From NCBI GenBank assembly GCA_040954595.2, contig CM082590.2, positions 11,408,655 to 11,472,654 on the forward strand: a stretch of 64,000 nt of DNA, in the 5' to 3' direction. Shown here piece by piece: positions 28,601 to 39,771 of the stretch. Position 1 is the first letter of the stretch. Each line of letters opens with the position of its first letter. The notes beneath the pieces are model-generated. The model had not been told where the DNA came from. It did not search any database and was given only the letters and a program-made list of their open reading frames with translations. Source of the stretch: Balanoglossus misakiensis (taxonomy: Eukaryota; Animalia; Hemichordata). The position numbers and the translations under genes were made by a program.

Positions 28601-30481
28601 GGCCATTTTGACTTTCAAATTTCAGACAATTTGGCTATCCCTCTTAAAAGTTCTGAGGCACATACCAAAAGGACATACTTGCATAGTGTCTGTTTCCTTT
28701 GTATAGAGGACTAGAGTGTAATTCAATCAACATTCATGTGTCAGATGCAGACAATGGAGTAACCATGATGACGAGCAATTTCAGTGCAAGCTATGTTACT
28801 TTATTCGGTTATTGGAACTCAGCATTGGTGATGGAGCAACCAGATTTGTGTGGCGTGGAATGGAACGACCGTGAATAGATGCATTGATTGGGTTTCCCCA
28901 ATTAACAACTGATGAATTAAATACTGTCTACTCTTGCTAAGACCTCATCTATTGGTCGTTACACTACAAATAAGGACAATTCTTTCTGAGGGATTGTGGG
29001 AACAAACTGTAACATTATTATGAAAAATTAGTCGCCTTACACTATGATGGATTGCATTGTCAAAGGTTAAGAATTTCCCCCTTTTAAAAGAGCCATTTGT
29101 TTATTTCGATCCATTGTAATATGAAAACCAAACCAGGTATGTTGTGTGAATATTTATAGACTAAATACCTACACTTTCAGTGATCAAAAAGGGTCACATG
29201 TCACACAACTGATACATGGCAGTATGCCAATAGAGCACTCTCGGTACAATGCAAACGTTGACGAAAATGTCACTTAATCACAGCCTTTAAACCTAATCAA
29301 AAGCCAGGCTTTGTTTGGCATTGTGTCTGTAAAGTACATACAAGTACCATTCACCATTTTGTTATGACTTCTATTAAATAGTAGGGTGACAAAAGCTAAT
29401 CTTTGTTAAGATTTTACTCGCTGTTTATTTTGTCTGTGAAGTTTTTTTATTATGTCCCTTCAAACGAGGGTCGTTCATCCTTTTATTCTCACCTTATTGG
29501 CGTTGAACTCTATTTTCAACAATTCTAATTAAATATTCAGAAAGCGTAAACAGTATATTTGTGCGTGCTCGTGTAAATTTACATGTCATTGATCCTGATA
29601 TGTGTGAGTAAAATCGCACGCGCGTGCGTGCGCGCGCGTGTCTGTCTGTCATTTTTATCCATCATCGATGCAATTTCAGTGATAGCTCTTGCCTCTCCAG
29701 AGGGCGCTCATGTTCACCCTCCAAGGTCTTGGTCGAGCCAAAGACCAGTGCGATTGGACGATGGTGATAACTCTCTACTGGTGTCCATGGCAACTGACTT
29801 GCCAGTCGTAACAAGCCTACCTGGCGTGTGTCCTGAGATTGATTCAAATCGTTCGTATGTCGGTGGTTCGTTTTCAGACTTTTTCGATGGAAATTCTGAA
29901 TACCGTTCGTCATCGTCTGGGGTGGTTTTGCTGCCTTGTGTCGACGACAAAAAGTCCAGGTGCCGAACCAAACGAGCTGAAGAGAAATTATGTACATTGG
30001 ATTGTAACTCGTTCACAAATATTGAGTAATCGCTGTCGTTTTATGAAAACTATTTCCATTCGTTTCCATTTATGACAAGGTCACGTGAACATTTGATACC
30101 AAAACTAACCTTTTCTGTTTGGACTTCTCGTTCGGTATTTTTTATCACAATTCAGCTTGGATATTTCCATCCTCGTTTCGGTGTCGTCTGCGCGAGGAAA
30201 AAAGTTCAACAGTGAAAGTTAGGACGTCGGGAATATGTCCGTCGTCATTGGAAACGATTATCAAATAATTAGGTCACGTTCACATCAAATCAAGTTTAGG
30301 CCCTAAACAATCCATTGTCACCTAAGCCCACGGCAACTTAAAATTTAAACGGAGTAAATGAGCCCAATAAACAGCCAAAGAATAATATGATTTGTTCTTT
30401 AAATTCGTCCTAACCAATCGCGGTGAGAGACAGTCTTCAAGTGAATATAAGAGGACTTAAAACGAACTTACTTCTCGCCAT
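16059..30481 (-). CDS. Tandem tyrosine-pseudokinase / SH3 scaffold protein (~1800 aa, ~26 exons)
   Basis: Phase-consistent GT-AG exons (minus): 30472-30481, 29821-29976, 28129-28335 (weak donor), 27237-27997, 26696-26900, 26008-26209, 25676-25872, 25206-25565, 24680-24858, 24426-24582, 23951-24135, 23429-23509, 22887-22988, 22330-22458, 21935-22129, 21697-21785, 21171-21327, 20858-21015, 19945-19978, 19402-19558, 19091-19278, 18776-18866, 18236-18421, 17585-17746, 17253-17357, 16059-17035. They sum to 5430 nt in an open frame. The first three exons are least certain. Confidence 0.8.
19091..19278 (-). CDS. SH3-domain exon of the pseudokinase gene
   Basis: ARVLYDYNGKDVDELTVKAGDIIVIREKYGPGWWKGEINGRLGVLPSNYVE (ALYDY, WW and PxNY signatures), followed by a His tract; ttgcag| acceptor and |gtatga donor. 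Confidence 0.95.
19354..19386. repeat. (ATCA)n microsatellite
   Basis: catcaatcaatcaatc... in the intron before the SH3 exon. Confidence 0.9.
20354..20507. mobile_element. Palindromic (foldback) non-autonomous element in an intron; probably extends to ~20100
   Basis: aatagaatctcactcaccaaggacctgggatc... is the near reverse complement of ...gatcccaggtccttggtgtgtgagattctatt, around a central cacactcgcctgcggctcgtgtg. Confidence 0.7.
20858..22458 (-). CDS. Tyrosine-kinase-fold domain 2 (pseudokinase), five exons
   Basis: YLISEFPDEGDL...FAVEITRGLYELHQNGYVHRDLRLCHCYV...AKIGRLS...IRWSAPEV...SKSSDVFSLGHVLWELY...PY...LPLRPPGCPRWLYSIITKCWSLSPQQRP. Confidence 0.88.
21528..21680. mobile_element. MITE-like foldback element in an intron
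   Basis: tctgattaaaatcagatgtagggtacagcgatgtcttt ... aaagacgtcgctgtaccctatatatgattttaatcaga: imperfect inverted arms, no ORF. Confidence 0.7.
22622..22654. repeat. (CA)n microsatellite
   Basis: ~16 CA units. Confidence 0.95.
23684..23772. mobile_element. Small degenerate TIR element (piggyBac-like CCCTTT ends)
   Basis: gccctttcatcacc...ggtgtgaaagggttaa; a similar end, aaccctttcacccc, occurs at ~18518. Confidence 0.3.
24426..25872 (-). CDS. Tyrosine-kinase-fold domain 1 (pseudokinase), four exons
   Basis: IHEGELSVVYKG...VTIK...NEIHIL..VQHGNIL...HGSLLRYLR...ALEYLEERRLVHRNIMARKVFV...LGGFDFA...LLWSAAESL...KSDVWMFSVLCYEIFTLGCRPY...KPDCIHDNLYTLMMQC..DPTKRPSY. Confidence 0.9.
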
Positions 30482-32684
30482 TTTGAAGAGCAACCGTCCG
30501 TCGTCGAATCCGTTTTAAGTTCCTATAATGATAAGCCCTTCGATTCTGCGGCGTCAGTGATTTATAACGTAATAACGCCTCGTATCATGGTTACCATGGA
30601 TACTCTGACAGAAACCATACAAAACATTGTAATAATTTAAGTTGCAGCTATGCGATGACAATACAAGATACGAATTTTGGCAAAACAAAATACATTAGTT
30701 TATCGCTTCCCAAGTCAAACAAATATCATTTATGGCTATGTTATGTATTTGTGATAGAGTAAGGCGTGTTTGGTACAGAATTGTACCTCCGTCTCGAACA
30801 GGTGATTAAAATATCGGAAGGCGATGGATTGAAAAACGACGTTGACCTATAATGAGGGTCAAGACGATATTGTTATGCAAACGTTTTTCCTTAGGTTATA
30901 CGTAGTTTACATGACAATGGAAATCACTACTAAAAATCAACATTAACTTCTTTAAACACAGTGTAGACCCTTTATTAAATATTATGTTTTTTTTTTCATT
31001 TGAGAATGATCAAATCAAGTGCAATTATGTAGATTCGGGCGTCAATTATCTAAATACATACCAAGTCGCAAAGTTAGCAATTCGAAAACGTAAGGCACAG
31101 TTGTGCATGATGTATGTAAACTTGTGTTTCTGCCAATAACTGGCATGACTGGGTATCTGTTCACTCAGGAATTTCCATGTTATTAAAGAATGTTTGGTGT
31201 GCTCATTTTCTGAAGAAAAAATGGTGTGAGTCAGATTTGCAACTGCAACAGACGACACTTATAACTGGGTGTGTCTATACTTGGTAGATTGACTACAAAG
31301 ACCTCTGCTTCGCCAGAATTATTTATCTGTAGCTGAGCAGAAACAGCATTGGTAGAGCTGAAGTGAAAAATAAAGTCAATGAAATGTCACTAAGAAAACA
31401 AGACAAAAAAATCGCAAAAAAGCGACAAACAGAAAGTATATTGAAACGTACAACTTACTCTGTATATTCCATTTATGACAATTGTTTCAACGACGGAAGC
31501 TCCCCTTTCTAAAGCAGAAAGGGCGAGTCGATGTTACTGCACGTCGGATTTGCGTCCATATTACTTCCAGAATAAGTCAGGTGTGACGTCAGATCTCCAA
31601 GCCAGACTTATCCCACGATGTGTAATAGTTAATATAAAACCCGGGGTATCATTTTGTAAACTGACATGTTGGTATTTGAGTTGAAGTGTCCACAAATCTT
31701 GTCGACTTGAGCAGAAGCGTTTAAATGAAATCCCTCAAAGGTCAGAATGATAATAAGTGTTAATGTTGACAAGACAACGTCAACGGTAAACAGCCAGAGC
31801 GACGGGAATAGATCCACCGTAGACGGTGCAGTGGCCGTGGTCACATCAAACGACTAACGAGAAAACATGTTTTAACATGAAAGTAGTGTTTGGTGTATTA
31901 TACCGAGTTGAATTGAACAAACGGTGTAACAAAAGAATGCATGGCTGTAAGTTGGCAGTGTACCAGCCAGGGCGTATACATGACACCACTGAACTAAAAA
32001 CACGTTTAGGTTCATAATGGCTCGTAATCACTGAAATCTGGCCATCAATTCCAAATAAATAATTCAAAATTTATCTGTCGAATGACTCATCTCATGCAAC
32101 GATTTGAATCTTTATATATAATTGTTATCGAAATGTTGTGCAGCTTGATTCCGATCAACTGAACCGACCCCCTACGGTGACTGCTTTAAAATTTTAAGAT
32201 ACCACATCCCAGAGCAAGGATATCGGTGTCGTTGCTAAGCAACCAATGCTAACACAATCCTATCTGTAACTTAAGCGGTTGTTTGTTTGTTGCACGACTT
32301 TCACCAGAATAAAGAAAAAAAGAAAGAAAGGAAACTAGCTGGCATTTCTAAAGAGATCCGAACAAGTTCTGTTTTTATTTATGTCAACATCTACTAATGT
32401 TAGGTCCCCATTGCATTTTCATCAGCTGGTGTTTATGGACGTTTATCATGATTAATTGTATCGTTATTACTTTTAACCAAAAGTACCAGAGACTGGATAC
32501 GTTTACAAAATGGTCTTTATTACCTCTTTGTCACTTTGAAGACATTTGGTGGTTAACTGGAAAGGAGTGTATGTCATGTGAAATATAGTCCACGACAAAA
32601 GTGTCGCCAAGTCTTGAAAATGTAAACTTTGAAGAGATATTGTAAACATATTTTTGTCACTGAGCAGGCTACCATATGATGTTC

Positions 32685-35600
32685 TTATAACCGTGGCATT
32701 ACATCACTGCATTGAGTGTATCTGGTTCCACTTCCAGGTTCGATGTCGCACATTTCAGCCCAATCTAACTTCTTAGAGGTTGTTGTTTTCTTTGTTGCGG
32801 ACGAGGCTGGCTCCGTGTCAGTCAATGTATTGGATTCAACATCGTTAGGCTCGTCCAAGGCTTCAGTTGCCAAGCCAGCAAGAGTTGCCGGAGATCTTAC
32901 ATTGTGTGGACGAGGAGGTGTTCTCATTCGCTGAGCGCTTCCGGGAACTGATCGCCGTTGAGACGATGCAGTGTACACCTTAGTTTGGAAGTTTCCATGG
33001 CGACGAAAATTGTCATTAGATTTCCACGGAGATGATCGGTCGCGCGTCTGCTGTTTTTTCTTCTCGGCAACAAAGCCAATTTTGGAGGGACCTGGTTGGT
33101 TGGATAGTTTGTCAATCATTTCCCGTTGACTGATTATTTTTTCCTGCAACTCTTGAATGCGGGCGCTGTTACTTCGCTCAAGACTGTCATGTTGTTGTCT
33201 TTCGGCTTCAAATTCAGCGATGGTTTGCTTTTCCTTAGCCATAGAATCATTTAACATGCTAATTAATTTGGTGATTTCAGATTGGAGATCAATGATTTGC
33301 TGTTCTCTGGCGGCTAGTGCCCTGTTTAAGAATGTTTCCCTCCCACAGGCATCGTTGAGAATTCGCTGAAGATGATCATTTTCTGACTGGAGATTGGCCA
33401 CAGCTGCAGAAATGTTCATCTTGTGAAGATTGCCACCTAGCAGACAGTTGGAGAAAGAATAAAATGCATGTTTTTGGTTAGTCTGTCTGTCAATGCCTAC
33501 ATATAACACTGGTCAGGGACTGCACTACAAGTAACTACAAGTTGGCAGGTAAAGAGTGCCACCTGTCAGCCAAAAGAGGATTAAGTTTACAGTGGTAGCA
33601 ACAACTAAAAGGCCACTATAAGTGCTGATAACTATTTGTTGGCATGGAAACACAGCTACACTTCTTGTTGTATTTTGGTTGCCAGACCACGTGACTCCCA
33701 TAATATAAAAATGATAGGAGAGATTGTTGGTACCTTGATTACAGACATCTCTCTTTCCTGAGCGTGCCTGGTACTTTGTGGCTTTCACAAAACTACCTTT
33801 ACGAAGTTTATCTTCGAACACACTGAGTTCTACCTGCGAAATAATTGGTTCACATTGTTCATAACATTCTCTACAGCTAGCTGATTTTAACCGGATTGAC
33901 CATATCTGTACAATAATAACAGTTTGCTATGTTTTAGTTGACGAAACGGTAAAGAGACCATTTTGCTTTAATAGACGAGAATGATACAATGACACTGATC
34001 TAACAAGCATACATCACAAATCCTTGCGAGAAACAGTTTTGTACAATTTTTATTACCTCTTTGCCGTCAACGTCTTGTATGTGCGTATAACCTTCAGATG
34101 CCAATGTATACAGAATACCATCCATATATCTTTCCAATTTCTCATTTCTTGTTTTAACTTCGAGATGATCTGCTTTCAGGTGTCGTTGTTGTTTTTCCAA
34201 GTTCTCGTGTTCGTTCTTCATTTCCTCCAATTCCTCTTTTGCGGACTCTCTTTCAAGCTCTTTTACGGCGCTCTCTAAACAGGTTTTTGCTGTCAACAAC
34301 TCATCTCTCTCATTTTTCAGTTGCTGATTGTCCAGGAATTGATAATTCACCTTCATTTCCATGGCAACGTGTTTCTCACATTGATGTGTCAGGTCGCCAT
34401 TTTCGGAAACCAAACTTTTGATTTGCTTGACGAGTTCGGTAACTAGGATGTTTTTCGATTCTAGTTTGGATTCTAGTTGACTGACAGTGTTCTTCAAATC
34501 ATTCTCATCTTTCTTCAAACGGCGAATGACGTCATTTGCTGACAGAACTATCTCTTCTGCATTTGGTTCCTGTTCTTCAAATTGGCCGTACCACGTGATC
34601 ATTGGGAGTGAAGATCGAATTGGGGGAAGGCGGTACGTTTTTTCCAGCGCGGCTAGTCGTTGACAATAATCACTTTCTTCAAGTCGTTCAGCAGCCGCCA
34701 AGCCAGGGCTTGTTAAGCGTTTCAGAGTCTGTCCACCGGATAAAATTAAGAGAAAAGAAAATTAAGTGTTTATATAAATATGAATATTATCAGAAAGCCA
34801 TACAAATTTGTAGATAAGTCAATCCTTACCGATGTGACAACATTGTCGGTAACTCCCATTGATGACATCACGTCTCTGACGTCATCACTCTCAACTGCGT
34901 CTGTTGTCAAGGCGGATACCATCGGCGTTGTCAAGGTGGATACCATCGGCATTGGGTTGTATGGAATTAATGCTCGTTCACGGTTTTCATGATGATCTTC
35001 GAGTAATGGATTAACCTCACCGATAGAATTTGGGGGAGCATAAACATTGTCAGTTGATTCGTCGAGTTTCATTATTTTTCGATCAACACGGCAGTACGGA
35101 GTATGTCTTCTGTGGCTTGAACCCAAAACAGAGCAGGTTTTACGATCCGAATTTTTTCTGCTCTTCTTGTTCTTCTTCCTTCGTCTTTTGGCGCCAAATG
35201 TTGATGAACTTCGCTTCTCAGCTCTTAAAGGAGTTTGGAAGGCTTTGTCGGTAATATCATCGAGAAGTTTGGTGATGTCACTTGTCACACTTTCTGTGTC
35301 AGATGGTTGATTTCGTTCTTCTCGTTTCGAGTTGAAATGATCATCGATAAAATCGAAAAGATCAAACCGTTCAGTAGTTACAGTTTTCTCTTTGCAATCA
35401 CTGCTATTGATAATAAGTTCTGCACAATCTTCTTTGCCAGACTCGGGTTGATTTGAGGCGAAACTACTTTCTCTCGTCGACACATCTTTACTGAATATAA
35501 AACTTTCACTAACTCCGAGAATTTCGCTATCTTTGGAGACATACACGAATTGATACTTGTTACTTATTGCCGGCACGATAGAGATACTTTGCGATGGAAA

Positions 35601-35891
35601 CAATACACTGTGGATTTGATCATGTTGCTTCTCTATATCCGTTACCATGGGAACCCATTGAAAGCTGATGTAATCAGAGATTGATGACCAATCGAGTGGG
35701 AAAATACCAATCCAATCACGTGACGACAACACGACTTGACTTCCAATGCTGTAACTGACAAAAATATCCTCGTTCGGCAGATAGTATCTGTGGATGTCAT
35801 TAAACTTTACAAACTCCGCGGATGGGTTTATCGTCTCACAATCCGACAGATCACTGGACGAGGATGACCCGACCGGACGAAGGTCGGCCAT
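32685..35891 (-). CDS. SKICH-domain coiled-coil protein (TAX1BP1/CALCOCO/NDP52-like), 4 exons, ~860 aa
   Basis: Exons 34830-35891, 34057-34728, 33734-33833 and 32685-33436 (phases 0, 0, 1). N-terminal VKFNDIHRYYLPNEDIFVSY..SSRDWIGIF..W....DYISFQWV..VLF..YQFVYV..ILGVSESFIF is a SKICH domain, followed by long heptad coiled coils. Confidence 0.88.
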
Positions 35892-38800
35892 CTTAGGGCC
35901 TTCCTGTGTTGGCTGTATCTATAGCAACTGAAAATAACAACAATGTACCCGATCATGTATATAGATAATACTGCGAATATCGCACGACAAACATGATCAT
36001 TCACAAAGTATATCTAATAACATTACTGATAACGATTGATAGTCTAAAATGTATCTATCTATAACGCCCAGCCAAGATATCATCACATCTTAAGCTTCAC
36101 AAAAACGTTTTGCATGCGACGCTTTTCTCCTCGTGAGAGAGTAGTAGTGTATATACATGTACTCATATTGCCTTGTAGTGGACGCATTTGAACCAAATTG
36201 TGTATTTAAAAAACGTCGTAAAACGTTTACGTCCTCATCGGGTGTATACGAGCGTAAAGCAATAGAAAATTGTATGTAATTTGCAAAAAAATATCTTGCC
36301 TTGTTTCAAGTAGTTGTAAACGATGTGTCTCTCAAAATCTGGGGTGAGAATATAAAATGAAATGACGTCATAATCAATTATTGTGTGTAGCCCAGATGGA
36401 ATAGTATATATTTGCATAGCACAAGAAAGAAAACACGTGACATCGAAATGGAACGACTTCGAATGAAATGGCATGTGCGTACGCAAATGTCAACACTCGT
36501 CACGTGACTCGCCAGCCAAATAATGTTCGTTGCGTGTTACTGTGTCACTATAAATGTTGGCATAGTACGATTTATTAAAATTAATGATTGGCATTTTCGT
36601 GACTGTTGTACATCATCAATTTTAAAGTACAAAATAGAGAGACAATGGAGTTCCCATCCTACTTTTTCAGTTAGGGGGTTTGACACAATGAGAATTTTTT
36701 TTGGAGGGGGGGGGGGGGGGGTAATTTTGATTGAACAGTGAACTATTGTTTTTGACCAGGTGTGTTTGATTTATTATTCATGTTGGAGTCATGAAAAACA
36801 GTTTGTGCCACGTCATCAATATGACCTTTTGCAAGAAGCATGCTGTGAAAGAGCATGCCTCTCTCTGTAGGCCTAAGTTGTTTAATTAATCACTATTTAT
36901 TATTATTATTATATACTTTTATTTCGGACTCGTGGTCCATATAAAATACAGAATGGTTTGATGAAAAATAAAAATAACGTACACAGCTAGGTTTCTATAC
37001 AAAAAGAAGCCTATCGTTACAGAGCTTCTACCTTCCGAATTTCCGTTGTGGGTCTGGAAGCATTTTCAGATTTGCTATATGACTTCAAGTAATGCAAAAA
37101 CCTCTCCGACAACGCGATAAATAAATAAATTGATCGTTGCAAAGACTTGGTGCTGCACGGATGAGATGCAATGATCAGTGTGGACCCTCGCTAAACCGCG
37201 ACTTCCAGGGTCCACTGCACCTGTGCTTGGTTTTCATCCACTTTTCAAACGCAAATTAATAGCATAGATTATCGAGACAGCAACAACCTGTAGAATAAGA
37301 ATATTTTGCCAGAAAAAATCTACAGGAATCTCTTCAGCCCGGAACCCAAGGTAAAAAAACATCCATGGTATCTAAAAGATAAGTAGCCGTTCATTTGACG
37401 CTGCGACGTTTCGACCCTAGTGGGGAAAAGGAGAAGAACGTTAACTCCTTCGGTAATTTAGCCAATTTTCGACAGAGAGTAGTCGGAGTACTCATTGTTC
37501 CAAGTTGCGACCACGTGTTGCGACATGGTTTTCCGCTTGAGACGTAGCGCGGACGCTTATTTGAAATAACTCGTCTACTAATTTAGTTGTTTTTCTGGTG
37601 GGAGACAGGGAACTAGGGGTTGTCGAGGGAAAACTAGGAGCGAATCTCCAGTTGTTGTGGTAAAACTTGTAATATTTATTAAAGTTCGAAATGCTGGGGA
37701 CAAGTTTAATAAATAATGTTAGGGGAGATTTCCGTGAAGTGTTTCTGTGTCGTATTTTTGCGCACATTTTCTAACCCAATTATTACTGCATTTTTGCGTG
37801 TTGAACAAATTCCGCCTTTAATTTCGAAATTTTGCCTGTTTTTGGTTTCAAAATATTTGACTGTTCCGACCAGCAATTTGTAAGTGTTGAAACTGTTCAA
37901 ACATTTTTGCTTGTCATTAGGTGTCACATTATTTCTCTGTATTATTGCGGGTCTTATTATCGTTGTGACATAGTCCGTTTATTTTAGTGGTCATTGTCAT
38001 TTCATTCTCCTTATGGTATTTTGCTCAGTATACTATATTGCGAGTAATATCAGGTTGTTATACATTACATTGTATACTTTATACTCCACGCGGGTGGATA
38101 GTTTCGGGTGACAATATTTATGACATCTCCCGTTACTACTCTGTATTATTGCGGGTAATATTTAGCGGAAGCGATCTCTATTTTTCACGGAGTACTACTA
38201 CTTGTAACGTACCAACCATTATGAAACTCTGTTAACACCGGTACTGTAGAAGTACTTCAATGCACGTGTTCAATATTTGTCAGGAGTTTGACGTAGTTTG
38301 GCACTCTCTTTCACGTTTCTTAAAAAAAGTATGTATAGAGATAGTTTTTCCATTCAGTTCCATAATGGTGTTATAAAATGAAGACAGACCAGTAAAATTT
38401 CGTCCCCTGTGCGTCAATTATGTTAGGCTATGCATATGTACTACATCGTGGTTACAAAAAAAAGAAAGAAAGTGACTCTGGTCGGCCATTTCGTCATTTT
38501 AACGAGGGACAAGACTGTACACACTGAATCCTAGGTCATAGAAAAATATGAAATAGAATACTTTAAAAATCTTTTCTTCAAAATTGACATGGCCTATGCC
38601 TTGACATTTGGCATGTAAGACCCTGGCCATATGGTCCACAAAGATTAACAGAATTTTGATTCGTCATTTTTTATGCAAATTGATTCAATCTACAAGACTG
38701 TGTGTGCCATTTCAACCAATTTTTCTATGACGTCACGGTTTTCCCATTGAAAAAAACGTTCGCCTGTTTACCGTTTTGATGTCTGCCGCCCAATATCCTG

Positions 38801-39771
38801 GTTGGGGCAAAATCTAGTCCACAAAAGTCTTATTTTGGGTGTGAATCAAATTGGAGGTGAAAAGGTCGCCAACCTCATTTAACCAAAACCGCCACATAAC
38901 TGTATGGCCTGATGTGAAGCACTAAAATTATTTTATAGGCATGCGAATCTTGTAGACATAATGGATGGACGTGTCTTTCACATAAACAATTTTTTTCTCC
39001 TCAAACATTTTTAAATAAAAAAAATATCCCTACAAAATATGTATATGATTAGAATGATTTTACACAAAGTGTTCTCAGGGTTCCCCCCCCCCCCACTGTT
39101 GTCCACTTTCTTTTCTATGTATATTTTCTATCCAACAAAATGACTTCACACAACCTTGTCTTGCAAAAATGGTAAAAAACTAAGTTTTATTAAGTTTTTG
39201 AAACTTCATCCCTGTATGTGAGTAACTTACTTGAAACCATAATAGAATCTAATATGGACCATGTGAGGTTAACATTGGTAAAATCAAAACAAAACGAACA
39301 CATTTGAAAGACTTTTCAATCCTCACATAAATGTCTTCAGAAATACATGTCCTCAAAGCCAAAATATTTGAAAAGCCAGAAAAGAGTATGGGAATGAATA
39401 TTTGGGTAGCCATCATGATCGCTATTTCTTCAACATATTTGGGAATGTCAAAAGTACAAATACATTGAAATAAATAATTAAATACAACAACTTAACAGAA
39501 ATGTTATACCAGTAAATTGTCAAAGACATTGAATGCTGTTTTACAAGGTTACTTGAACAGGGATTTAGAGTCAGGTTATTTTGATATCTCATATGCCATT
39601 AAGTTATTGACATATTTTCTTAAATTAAAGGGGGCATCTCTAACACGGAGATCTGATCTCAAATACACTGCTATCTGCTTTAAGAGGAGGTTGTGACATG
39701 TCTTTTGTCTTTTTTTATTGTTACAGCTATTCTGATTGGTCACATGGTTTTTTGATTGTTACAGCTATTGA

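Noticed and set aside
29583-30075. + strand ORFs of 148 and 78 aa
   Set aside because: Antisense shadow of the minus-strand exon 29821-29976.
31459-31600. Possible alternative first exon (ATG GAA TAT ACA GA|gtaagt, minus strand)
   Set aside because: Its phase-2 end does not match the phase-1 acceptor of the next exon; could be a non-coding exon but is unsupported.
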